A stretch of DNA of 64,000 nucleotides, taken from positions 376,275 to 440,274 of the forward strand of contig NW_003314353.1 in the NCBI RefSeq assembly GCF_000143415.4, written 5' to 3'. Below, piece after piece: positions 1 to 11,142 of the stretch. A model generated the notes under the pieces. The model was not told the origin of the DNA and did not search any database. It was given only the letters and a program-made list of their open reading frames with translations. The translations under genes were made by a program, and so were the position numbers. Source of the stretch: Selaginella moellendorffii. Taxonomy: Eukaryota; Plantae; Lycopodiophyta. The number at the start of each line of letters is the position of its first letter. The first letter of the stretch is position 1.

Positions 1-2575
1 CCCATGCTGCACCTGGAGCTTTCTCTGGATTCTAAAGCTCCATAGTCATCTTCAGTTCCTCAGGCACGGGTAAATTGACCTCCCTTAGATCAATTCGATC
101 AGCCTTGTCGAACGAAGCTGGGAAGTCACTCCAGTCCCACTCTGCTGCAGGACCAATAACAAGGGCGAGTGTGAAGATGCGGACATTCGTCGGTATCTTC
201 TTCTTAGCTATTATCCCATGGATCTCTTGCATCTCCTTGCCTTTCAACCGAGCCTTCACCTCGTTCAAGGCCTTCCAAAACTTGTGATAGGATTCGGAGT
301 CGTAGATCATATAGTGGACTGAAGATTCCACCTCCGCAAGTCCCATCATTAAGTCAATGATGGAGCTGACTTCGTTTGCATGAGTGATCTCCTCGTTTGT
401 GAAGTCCATCACACAAAAGATGTTCTTGACCTGCTCATCTCCGCGGGAAACGATGCTCCTCCACCTTTGATCCTCATCCGAATTCACGTATACCCGGTAA
501 GGTTCTCGATAGGCCTCTGCTGCGGGCTCGAGCTGTTTCTGAAGCCGGCGGTCGACATCCCTCTTAATGAAATTTGGATAGTGATCCAACTTCTCAGCTT
601 TACTTTTCGTGGCATCCCGTAGCAGATCGATGAACTTGGGGGCCCCCTTCACGTACTCGTCGATGTCTTCATTTGACAACTCCAGCTCTTCCATCATCTC
701 TTGCGTGGTGTCGATGCTCACCCTCTCCACGGCCACTTGCTCGAAGATCCAATCCTTCAATAGCGCACGAGCTCTTAGAGTCGTGCACAAGTCCTCGTAT
801 GTCACAATATGGCTGGGAGTCATTTTGGTCTTGTTGAAGACTACCTCACCACGTAGAAGAGCATTAGCCACTGTCAGAAGGTCGTCGTCGTCTAGAGACC
901 ACGAGAAACGCAAGGCGTTGAGCTTCAAATCATTGGGCTTCTGGCCGTCCTCCACACCCATTGAGTTTAGCAACTCCCCGTCATGGTACCTCCTCAGCAC
1001 ATCTACCCATTTGTCAAAAACAACTTTTGTCGTGAGTAGAATGTTATGGATGCTGAGTGTCATTGACCCCCAGTGTTTTCGAGAGAAGACTCAAGAATTC
1101 CTGCAATGGAAATGGCGTGAGGCCACATGCTATGCCACATGCAACGAGGCTTACCTGCCAGGCGCTAGTTGCTAGTGCACATCCTTGTCCTGGTTTTTGT
1201 GGCTTCTTCAGTTGAACCCAGAGCTTCCGTGTTCGTGCCAATGTCTCGTGCAGACCCGATTTGTAGCACGTTTCTTGCTTCACATTCTGCGCGTGGGAGA
1301 TGTATATGATAGATCGGAGGGGCGAGTTGCCTTTTATCAGGCGGACAACTCTTGTCTTGAAGACTTTCTTCACCTCCTCACCCACCATAATATCCACAAC
1401 TATCTCTTGCATCGCCAAGCTAGAATGCTGCCCGGAGACGGCATAGAACCGGATGTTCTGATCGTCCAACACCTTCCTATTGATCAAGTCTGGAAACCTT
1501 GTCTCGCCCTTCATTGTTCGGTAGTAGGGGATCACGTCTGCGATGTCGGGTGTTACTGGACTTGCCAGCATCTTCTGCTTCAGTTTCTCCACCCACTCAT
1601 CAGATACTAGCTTGTGGTTGTATTTGCTTTGGATGTCGATACGGCTCACGTCGATTGTATATACTTTGTTGGAATAGTAACAAATACTATTATCTGCGAT
1701 GATTTTTGCTGCCTCTTCTTGCTCTTTCTGCTCTTTGCGGCTCTTCTTTTTGGTGGGTGTAGTGTTCGAACCCGAGGCAATGGCATCACCGAGTAGCTTC
1801 TTTTTTGGAGCAGGAGAGTCGGACGTTGGCTTGAGCTTGACCACCCTTTTCTGCTTCGGGGTAGTTTCCAGATCGACCCCCTTCCCCTTCGCTTCGCGAA
1901 CTGGAGGCACTCTCAACGGCTCAATGTTGGAATATAGTTTTTGAACATCGCCGTAGGTGAGGTCCGTGGATTCCATGTGATCTTCATAGACCCGCAGCGT
2001 CTTTGAAATTGTGGGCCTCCTGGACAACCTCTCCCTAGCTCCCTCTAGGAATTCCTCATAGCCGTTGCCCCCCTCCGGGAAGCCGCTAGGATGTGCAAGG
2101 TGGATCTTGAAGGCGGACGCTGTCTCTACCACAAGTGCCAGTCCATATTCTTGCATGGAATTGCATGGAGTGTCTGTCACTTGGATGAGGATCCCCATGC
2201 ATTCTTTTCTCCCACCATCTGTGTTGTACAGCCTTAGATCCTCGCCTTCCATCCCGAAAGTCCAACTGGTGAGCTCCTCCCCCTTCTCTGCATCCACATT
2301 GACAGTGGCTGGAAGAAGAACACAATTCCTCGCCTGTTCAGAAATGCACAACAATTAGAGCTGACAGATGAAAAGCTAGCAGCTGGAAATAACGTGAGGC
2401 CACACGCCATTCACCACTGCATTAGATGTCTTGAGGCTGCATCCTAAGATGGCGTGAGGCTACACGCCATCTGTAACCGGACTGCACTCGAGAGCCCAAT
2501 CGGTGCATGCCAATGTTGCTACTGAATGGCATGTGGCCTCATGCCATTTTCTACTTGGCCTAAAAGACTTACCAT
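1..2575 (-). pseudogene. Transposon cargo gene: ParB/Sulfiredoxin-fold domain protein with possible degenerate DNA amino-methyltransferase-like C-terminus; 3' end runs off window
   Basis: ATG at 2575-2573, GT-AG intron 2572-2334, exon 2333-1155, 54-nt GT-AG intron 1154-1101. A frameshift near 1050-1090 leads into ORF 32-1063, then a TAG at 34-32 after which the frame stays open (NPEKAPGAAW). ParB-N-like pattern TIDVSRIDI..NHKLVSDEWVEKLK..FYAVSGQHSSLAM..ISHAQN at about 1690-1283. Confidence 0.6.
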
Positions 2576-2699
2576 TTGAAGCCGAATGGAGGCGTGACAA
2601 TCGAGGCCGGACTCGCTGGCGAATGTGCACTGTGTGTGCAGTGGATCGTAGCAGCAAGGCTACTCTGCCACTTACAATTGGAGAGTGGCGCTGAAATCT

Positions 2700-2990
2700 C
2701 CCGGGACGCCAAGTGGGCTGCGTGTGGGTGGCGGAGTGGGCGGCGGAGTTGGCAGCGAAGTTACAAACTGGGTGTGTCTTGAAGTGGACGCCGATGCACA
2801 CGAGCGCGATGTGAGCGCGAGTGTGATGCAAGTGCGAGTGGACGCCGATGCACACGAGAAACCTGTAGAGAAGGTAGATGAGCGCGAATGTGAGCGTGAT
2901 CGCGAGTGGGAGCGCGATGCGAGCGCGAGTGTGCAAGCGCGAGTACGATGCAAAACCTAACCTCACACGCGCGAAATGTCATGACGGTAG
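2700..2990 (-). promoter_or_regulatory. CpG-rich low-complexity 5' leader/promoter of the leftward cargo gene
   Basis: Repeated GAGCGCGA/GCGAGT units immediately upstream of the ATG at 2575; the distal part is conserved at 50673-50810. Confidence 0.45.
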
Positions 2991-3603
2991 GTAATCCCGC
3001 CACGTCATCATTCCTCAAACTTGGGCGCCACCATTAATTTCTGGATCACCGCGCGCATGCATGCATGTGAAATCCAAAAGAAATCCGCAACATCATCATT
3101 CCTCGGACTGCATGCACGCGAAATCCAAAAGAAAGATCATGATTGGGATATCATTTAATACCCTCGCTATATTTATACCATGCATGATTGGATATTCCAA
3201 AGCATCTTGTATTTCCAAAAATGCCAGATGTTCAGCTAAATAAAGAATGGTATACAATGTCCTTCTTGATGACCCTGCAAAGAAGCATCTCGATCGGACA
3301 CCACATGAGACCACACGAGCCTTACAATGTTTCAGGGGCATTTGCCATAGATCCGACTGTTATTTTGCTCCAAGATTCTACAGTTTGGTGTGCATTGACC
3401 TTTCCATCGACACTGCAAAGGGACATCACAATCAGATGTGGGATCACAAAAAACTAACTTCACTAACTCTGGTTTCACCAAGATCTATGTAAGGAGTTAT
3501 GAAATGAAAGGACCCTCTCTATTGAAATGTGTTTATGGTCCTGACATATCAAAGGATTTTGCATCAAGTTCTGTATTTGCATGTTTATCAAGCTACTGAA
3601 TTG

Positions 3604-3630
3604 CTAAACCCTAAACCCTAAACCCTAAAC
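3604..3630 (+). repeat. Interstitial plant telomeric repeat / telo-box cluster (CTAAACC)x3-4
   Basis: ctaaaccctaaaccctaaaccctaaac; also at about 51435-51453 and 52297-52323 in copy 2. Confidence 0.85.
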
Positions 3631-4894
3631 ATGTGGCAAATGCTGCGTGAAGAAAGATGCCCTTTCTGGGCAAATGCTGTAAGAGGCAGATGCCGAGCAG
3701 ATGTATCTCAGGCTAGCGAAGGGGACAAACGGAAGCTAGCTATAAACATGACGGGATGCAAATAGATTACTAGGCTGGTCCTGCGAAAATCAAAAACCAT
3801 AATTGAAAACATTGAAAATGCAAAAAGAAAGGTTTATAATATTTTTGAATTTTAAGCAACCAAAGGAATGTAAGTAGGGCATGTGTTTGTAAGTTTAAAA
3901 ATGCCTCAACCACTTAAATTCCCAAGTAAATAAAGCTGTTTCTATTTTTGGTACATGTAAACTTTATAGCGTGTGGGCTCATGCAATTTTGAACCCAAAA
4001 ATGCACCAAAAAATGCTCGACTAGCATTATTCTTTGAATGGCGTGTGGCCTTATATTGCCATAAATGGACGTACACACACAGCATAATTATTCCTTTACA
4101 CAGCGAATAATCTTGGCGCGGATCGCTGACATGGCATGGCAAAATTCGAATCACTGACATGGCACAGCTGGATCGAGGCAAGGACATGATGTGACAAAGT
4201 TCAACCTCCGACAGCAAAGTCTAGAAGCTACTCAGTTTGAAATTTGTCAGAGGAATCATAAGATCTGGTTTGTCAGAGGATTTGATGTGACGTTCAAGCG
4301 TGTGTTATTTTTGAATTCTCGAACTCATTCCTAGGTCTATCATTTTTGTGCGCCGTGTTCTTGGTTCCGCTGAGCGCAGTGAGCGCTGCTTGTGTAAGCG
4401 GCGTTGTGAGCTGTGGTTTATGCGTCTACGAGCGGTTGCGGCATTGCGAGCGCTATTGCGAGCGGCAGTTTATGCGAGTGGCAGTTTGTGCGAGCGGTGC
4501 TACGAGTAGTTGCGGTGTTGCGAGCGGCACTGTCTTTGGTGTGGCTACCGCTTTCTCTTGATATTCGGCACTTGTGCTTCCTGGTATGTTCACCATGGAA
4601 TGGCTTAGGACCACATTTAGAAATGGCATGAGGCCACATGCCATCTTGGGCCCTTGCAATTTCATGGCTAGCGTATTGTCATGTATGTTTTTACTTGCCT
4701 GCAACTGTGTGTATATCAAGATGGCATGAGGCCTCATGCCAATTTTGTGAATGCGAAATTTCACGTGGGTGTCAATAGCATGTTTGAATAATGGCATGTG
4801 GCCTCATGCTATTGAGGTTGTTTGGTATGTTATGATTTAGGCCATTCTCCAATCATTTTTTGTATGGTCTTAATTTCTTTTCTGCACTTTCAGA

Positions 4895-6040
4895 ATGGCC
4901 TCCGCAAGTGCGACGCATGTTCCCTCCGTGGATCTTAAGAACCGTGCTACATGGATTCAGGCAAAGGTGTTTCTAAACAACCCCGAGGGGGAGGTGGTAG
5001 CTGAGGGCTTAGCCACAGTTGTCGATCCAAGAGATGCGGTTGCTAATCAAGAATTAAGCTGGGATGATATTGGAGTTGCGATTTTAGAGGTTGTTGACAC
5101 AGAAGAAAACAATCTGACTATTGGAAGCATTGTGCGGTGGAAATTGAGGCACTTAGTGTTTGAGAATGTGAAGGATTCACAATCAAACACCACTACAACT
5201 GATGACAGAACATCTCTTCATGGGAAAAGAAAGTACACCTTCCTAAAGCGCAGCCAAAGGGATCTGAGCAACGAACCGAAAAGGCAAAAAATGGCGATAG
5301 AGGTTTGAATGGTCTCGACAGTTGCTTGTTGCAAGAGGAGGTGCTGTCAACATGCTGATTGGGATGCTATTGAAGAGGAGAGAGCAAGATACAAGACATT
5401 GTCCTGGAAGGCAGCTCGCAATTTTGTGTATGAGGCATTACGGTCATCTGTTGATGCTTCAGAACATCAGGTGGGGGGCATGGTCTTCCAGAGGGGTTTG
5501 GTCTGCATGAAGGCATGGAGAATCATTTATGGAGTCCTTCGAACCACATTCTACAGAATCAAAACTGAGTTCGAGGAACAAAGGGTTCAACAGGCAGTCC
5601 ATGGGAACGACGGTACTCACAAAACCAGGGGTGATGTTGTATATGGAGAGGCAATCTTCAAGAGGTTTGTCGAGATATGTAGCGAGCAGCAACCACATAA
5701 AACTCGCCTCTTGGAAGATGGAACTCGAGACACCCAACGAGTTCTCCCTTCCATGTATACCAAGGGGGCCATATTGGAAGATGTGAATCGGGAACTCCAG
5801 AGTAATGGCTACAGGAAGCTGAGCCAATCTAGATTTAGTAGATTGTGGAGCAACAGGTTCAGGGATGTGAGTATAAGAAAGTACTCCAGCTTTTCAAAGT
5901 GTGACGAGTGCACTGCTATCAAAATGGCTTTGTCGAAGAATTCTTGCATCGCTCAAGAGCGAGAGACGTTGGTTAGAAGGCGGCTCGACCACAACATCGA
6001 GCAGAGAAGCTGCAGGACTGCATATTATCATAACAAGATG
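4895..6040 (+). pseudogene. Sola-like transposase, 5' part (ends at chimeric sequence before the gap)
   Basis: Nearly identical to 53286-54430; in-frame TGA at 5306-5308. Preceded by a GT-AG intron at about 4584-4893 that contains three palindromes. Confidence 0.8.
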
Positions 6041-6185
6041 CAGTGTTGCGAGTAGGCGCTGAGAGTAGTTGCGGTGTTGCGAGCGGCACTGTCTTTGGTG
6101 TGGCTACCGCTTTTGCTTGATATTCGGCACTTGTGCTTCAAGGCAATCTCTTCATCCATGCAGCTGCCTGTGTCTCTGTTTGGCA

Positions 6186-6285
6186 NNNNNNNNNNNNNNN
6201 NNNNNNNNNNNNNNNNNNNNNNNNNNNNNNNNNNNNNNNNNNNNNNNNNNNNNNNNNNNNNNNNNNNNNNNNNNNNNNNNNNNNN
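6186..6285. other. Assembly gap (100 N) with patchwork flanks
   Basis: N run; flanks 6040-6372 are short pieces matching several non-adjacent parts of the element. Confidence 0.97.
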
Positions 6286-6593
6286 CCCAGAACTATGGGA
6301 ACTTCTTTGTACCTCTATGGGGTGGCAGGGGTGCAAACATGATGATTGCGTCCCTAGCAAAACACTTAAGGTTTTGTCATGTATGTTTTTACTTGCCTGC
6401 AACGGTGTGTATATCGACATGGCATGAGTGCCTCATGCCAATTTTGTGAATGCGAAATTTCACGTGGGTGTCAATAGCATGTTTGAATAATGGCATGTGG
6501 CCTCATGCTATTGAGGTTGTTTGGTATGTTAGGATTTAAGCCATTCTCCAATCATTTTTTGTATGGTCTTAACTTCTTTTTTGCACTTTCAGA

Positions 6594-9493
6594 ATGGCCT
6601 CCGCAAGTGCGACGCATGTTCCCTCCGTGGATCTTAAGAACCGTGCTACATTGGTTCAGGCAAAGGTGTTTCTAAACAACCCCGAGGGGGAGGTGGTAGC
6701 TGAGGGCTTAGCCACAGTTGTCGATCCAAGAGATGCGGTTGCTAATCAAGAATTGGGCTGGGATGATATTGGAGTTGCGATTTTAAAGGTTGTTGACACA
6801 GAAGAAAACAGTCTGACTATTGGAAGTATTGTGCGGTGGAAATTGAGGCACTTAGTGTTTGAGAATGTGAAGGATTCACAATCAAACACCACTACAACTG
6901 ATGACAGAACATCTCTTCATGGGAAAAGAAAGTACACCTTCCTAATGCGCAGCCAAAGGGATCTGAGCAACGAACCGAAAAGGCAGAAAATGGCGATAGA
7001 GGTTTGAATGGTCTCGACAGTTGCTTGTTGCAAGAGGAGGTGCTGTCAACATGCTGATTGGGATGCTATTGAAGAGGAGAGAGCAAGATACAAGACATTG
7101 TCCTGGAAGGCAGCTCGCAATTTTGTGTATGAGGCATTACGGTCATCTGTTGATGCTTCAGAACATCAGGTGGGGGGCATGGTCTTCTAGAGGGGTTTGG
7201 TCTGCATGAAGGCATGGAGAATCATTTATGGAGTCCCTCGAACCACATTCTACAGAATCAAAACTGAGTTCGAGGAACAAAGGGTTCAACAGGCAGTCCA
7301 TGGGAACGACAGTACTCACAAAACCAGGGGTCATGTTGTATATGGAGAGGCAATCTTCAAGAGGTTTGTCGAGACATGTAGCGAGCAGCAACCACATAAA
7401 ACCCGCCTCTTGGAAGATGGAACTCGAGACACCCAACGAGTTCTCCCTTCCATGTATACCAAGGGGGCCATATTGGAATATGTGAATCGGGAACTCCAGA
7501 GTAATGGCTACAAGAAGCTGAGCTAATCTAGATTTAGTAGATTTTGGAGCAACAGGTTCAAGGATGTGAGTATAGGAAAGTACTCCAGCTTTTCAAAGTG
7601 TGACGAATGCACTGCTATCAAAATGGCTTTGTCAAAGAATTCTTGCATCGCTCAAGAGCGAGAGACGTTGGTTAGAAGGCGGCTCGACCACAACATCGAG
7701 CAGAGAAGCTGCAGGACTGCATATTATCATAACAAGATTCTCTCCATGGAGAGACCTGACTCTTACCTCTGCATCATCCACGACAAAATGGACCAGAAAA
7801 AGACGTGCTTACCTCGACTCAATCCTGCCCCCAAGGCAATCTCTTCATTCATGCAGCTGCCTGTGTCTCTGTTTGGCATAATCGCTCATGGGCATGGTGC
7901 CCAGAACTATGGGAACTTCTTTGTACCTCTATGGGGTGGCGGGGGTGCAAACATGATGATTGCGTCCCTAGCAAAACACTTAAGGTCTCTACAAAGTGCG
8001 CAGACTGAGCTAAACGGCCAACCCTTGCATAAGGCCCTTGTCGATCGAACCCCATACAGGGTTCAGCTGGAGGAGGAGCAAAGGCTTGCAGTATCGCGTG
8101 GGGCCCCATACCATCCCAGTGAATATGTTGGCCGTTAGATTGTAGGGTTATCACGTGAGGCCTCATGCCATTCCGACGAGGCTGGTCGCCCGGTGAATGC
8201 ACAGCCTCATCCAAATGAAGCAGAATCTCAAGGAATTTCTTGCGGCCGATGTGGCCTTCCACCCCATCTTCTGCTCCAAACAGACAATGCTGGTAGTAAG
8301 AACAAAAACATGTACGTCTTCGCGTACTTGGCGATGCTTGTTGCCAAAGGCATATTTGAAACGGTTACACTTGGCTTTCTCATGGTTGGGCACATTCATG
8401 AAGACGTCGATGCCATGTTCAGTCACCTGGCAGAGTCCCTCCAGCGATCCAATGTGCTCACCCTCCCACAACTCTAAGATGAATTCCAAAATTGCATCAA
8501 AGGCACTGTTGAAGCTGCACTTGTGACAGAGGTTCCAGACTTTAAGGGGTTTGTAAGAGGCTACATCAGGGACGGATCCGAAACGCTGATTGGCCACTCC
8601 AAGCCTCTTCAGTTTCATTTCAGCATGCGTGACAGTGCTCCAGTGATGAGGTACAAGATGAGAGAATGGGACACAATGTGGCTGCCAGTGGACGGCATTG
8701 AACTCTTCAAGAGAGATCCCATAACTGGGGAACCTATGATTCCTCAGGGTTCCCCATGGCCGATGCACCCGGATGGACTCAAAGACCAGGAAAGTATAGT
8801 GGCCGGGATTAGACAGCATATTGCCTTCTGGAAGAGGGGGTTGATGTTTGGTGGAGAATCCTATTTTCAGAGGTGCAAGCCTTTGATCGAATACTGGGAG
8901 AAGATTATATCTGCTATCCAAAATTGGCCGGTTGTATATGAAGAATTGGAAGAGTCCTTTTGGCCAGAACCCAGAGCACTAGATAGTAGCGGAACAATGT
9001 CCTCTGAAAATGCAGTGACAGATAACGATGTTGAGGATCACTATTGTGGGCCGAGGAACAAGAAGCCGGATTCAGCATTCAATCCAGTACAGGTCTGCAA
9101 AGGAATGGTCGTGCTTGTCAGACCCAGTAATAAAAAACAAATGATATGGGTGGGGCGTTGCATCACTGATGCAGAGGAGGACGCGGAAACTAACTCCTTC
9201 AATGTAACTGTAGAGTGGTTCAAGCCAAGTTCCGGATATACGAAGGATTGCCTAGAAAAGAGATGGGTGCTGAATCCAAGGGATCCCAGCATGCTGCATA
9301 TCGGTGGATAATGTTGTGCATGGTTGGATGCGGAAGTAGAGTGCCACCATCACCTTGCCAGACCATGCAAGAGATGCAGCAAGAGCATTCATAACCCGGG
9401 TTCAAGGTGAGATTCATTAATATTCCTTTACTAAGTTTCTAATGTATTTTATTTCAAGGTGAACAATCCGAATCTGAATCAGAGGAGGCATGA
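6594..9493 (+). pseudogene. Sola-like DDD transposase, full length but disabled
   Basis: Motifs FSKCDEC, IIHDKMDQKKT, LLLQTDN..KNKN, FLMVGHIHEDVDAMFS. Stops at 7005, 7188, 7524, 8136 and 8475, a +1 frameshift near 9290, and a terminal 52-nt intron at 9407-9458. Confidence 0.8.
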
Positions 9494-10133
9494 TGGCATG
9501 TGGCCTTACGCCATTCCTAGGTGAGATGATACAAATAACAAGTATAAATTCTTAGTTGTTCTAGCAAATCTTACTTAAAGTTCAAGGTGAACAAGCCGAA
9601 TATGAATTCATCAGATTGTTATAACAAATTGCGAGGTGATGGCATGAGGCGATACGCCATTTGAGAGTGGTAGCCATTCCTATATGAGGTGAGTGAAATA
9701 TTTATTAGAAATACCTCATTCAATTGTGCATTTCTAAGTCTTGGTCCACTCAGTACTGTTTGCATGTTTTTATTTTAATTCTTTCTCTAAAATGTTATTT
9801 AGCATGTGGCTTCATGCCATTGCTCTCCACAATCATGCATTGAATTTTTCTATCCTTGCATAATACTTCTCCATATATATAGCATGTGCGCACATGTGAT
9901 ATGGTTCATTAGGCCTGATATAGTGTGTGAGGTAAAACAAAGATGATGTGACATATGCATTTACCAATCACACGTGCATAAATCTAATAATATGGCGTGT
10001 GGCCCATATTAATGGCACATAAACCCATATTGTGGGCTTACGTGCTTTATGTACCATCATTCCCTTGCAGCGTGTGTGTTGGTTTCCTTTTATAACACAA
10101 CGAACTCCATATTTTAGGGTGAAGAGCGTTCTC

Positions 10134-10391
10134 ATGGCAAGCACAAAATCTGTAAGTGAGGCAGAAAAGGAGACGGAGAAGGAGATAGGTGAAGATGTAG
10201 AATATATAAGTCTTCCAAACTCCCCGTACTATACTCTAGATGATCATTTTTCTGAACAAACGGCAACATTAACAACTATCGAGAACGCCCCAGTAACGTC
10301 AGAGACAACAATCCAAAGCAAAACAACTGACCCGGAGAAGGATGATAGTACCGCTGAGAGTACCAAAAAGGAGGTGTCCACTAGCGCTTAG
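10134..10391 (+). CDS. Small acidic, Thr/Glu/Ser-rich ORF (85 aa) in transposon, unknown function
   Basis: ATG preceded by a putative acceptor (ttttag); open in both copies (also 56825-57082). Confidence 0.35.
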   Translation: MASTKSVSEAEKETEKEIGEDVEYISLPNSPYYTLDDHFSEQTATLTTIENAPVTSETTIQSKTTDPEKDDSTAESTKKEVSTSA

Positions 10392-10987
10392 GCTTATAAT
10401 GGCATGTGCCCTCATGCTATTTACTTGATCACTAAATACCTTTTTCCCTTTGCACTAGTATATCTTAATACCGGTCTGAGAAATAGAATGGCATGTGCCC
10501 TCAAGCCTTTTACTAAATCACCTTTGAAAGAAATGCAAGCCTCTATGTCGTAAAAAAAAGGTACTAGAGAAATTCCTTAATAATATGAATGTTATTTAGT
10601 TTCATGAAAATACACTAAGGGTCAAATGAGTTAAATGACTTCTCCAGACTAGCAATGCCTCTTGCTACACCTTCACAATTAGATTCACAATTAAGTTATA
10701 TGTCTGGCTAATAGGAATGATGTTCATCTTGGAAAGCTCACCACACGCTCAATGAACAAACAAATAGTGTGTGCGCACATGCCATCGCTCTTCTTTAGCT
10801 TCAGATTCAGCTTGTTCACCTTGACAATGAGATTTATTATACAACCAGATGGACTCAATCTGGACACAAAGTCACCGCGCTAGTCACCATGCCCCAGATA
10901 TGTCTAGCCCCTGGACAAAAAACATATAATTTCACGTCATTTTCAAATGCTTGAAAATTTGTACCTAGTCCCATTTTACTGAATAAA

Positions 10988-11011
10988 TCCCACTTTAACG
11001 AAATAGAGCTT
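10988..11011 (-). repeat. Right TIR of transposon copy 1
   Basis: tcccactttaacgaaatagagctt, the exact reverse complement of 47827-47850. Confidence 0.95.
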
Positions 11012-11142
11012 ACTCCCGCTCTCGACCTTTCAAGTCAGAGCTTTTAGTCCGAACGCATTATGCTCGTTTGGCTTTTGCTTCGGCCACTACCATGTGGCAC
11101 CCTTTCAGCTCCACTTTGGGGCTTAGGGATTTGTGTCTCACA
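11012..11142 (-). repeat. LTR-A terminal fragment (target of transposon copy 1)
   Basis: Matches 41863-41994, ending ...GTCTCACA. Confidence 0.85.

Larger units (their letters stand above)
1..11011 (+). mobile_element. Large Sola-like DNA transposon, copy 1 (left end outside window; contains assembly gap)
   Basis: 2853-11011 is near-identical to 50673-57742 apart from indels and duplications, and ends in the same 24-bp TIR. The flank after 11011 starts abruptly mid-way through an LTR-A sequence (ACTCCCGCTCTCGAC...), as expected for an insertion. Confidence 0.85.

Noticed and set aside
2460-3018. Arg/Ser/His-rich ORFs in the GC-rich leader
   Set aside because: Low-complexity repeat translation; the better gene model starts at ATG 2575 with an intron.
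3604-3630. Chromosome end or telomere-healing site
   Set aside because: Only 3-4 units, at the same internal position in both transposon copies.
4500-7740. Apparent tandem duplication of the transposase 5' half
   Set aside because: It straddles a 100-N gap with mosaic flanks. The left part matches copy 2 better than it matches the right part, so two different genomic copies may have been scaffolded together.
1112-10785. CRISPR-like reading of the recurring 22-bp palindrome
   Set aside because: Spacing is irregular (tens to thousands of bp), there are no uniform spacers or cas genes, and the context is eukaryotic with introns.
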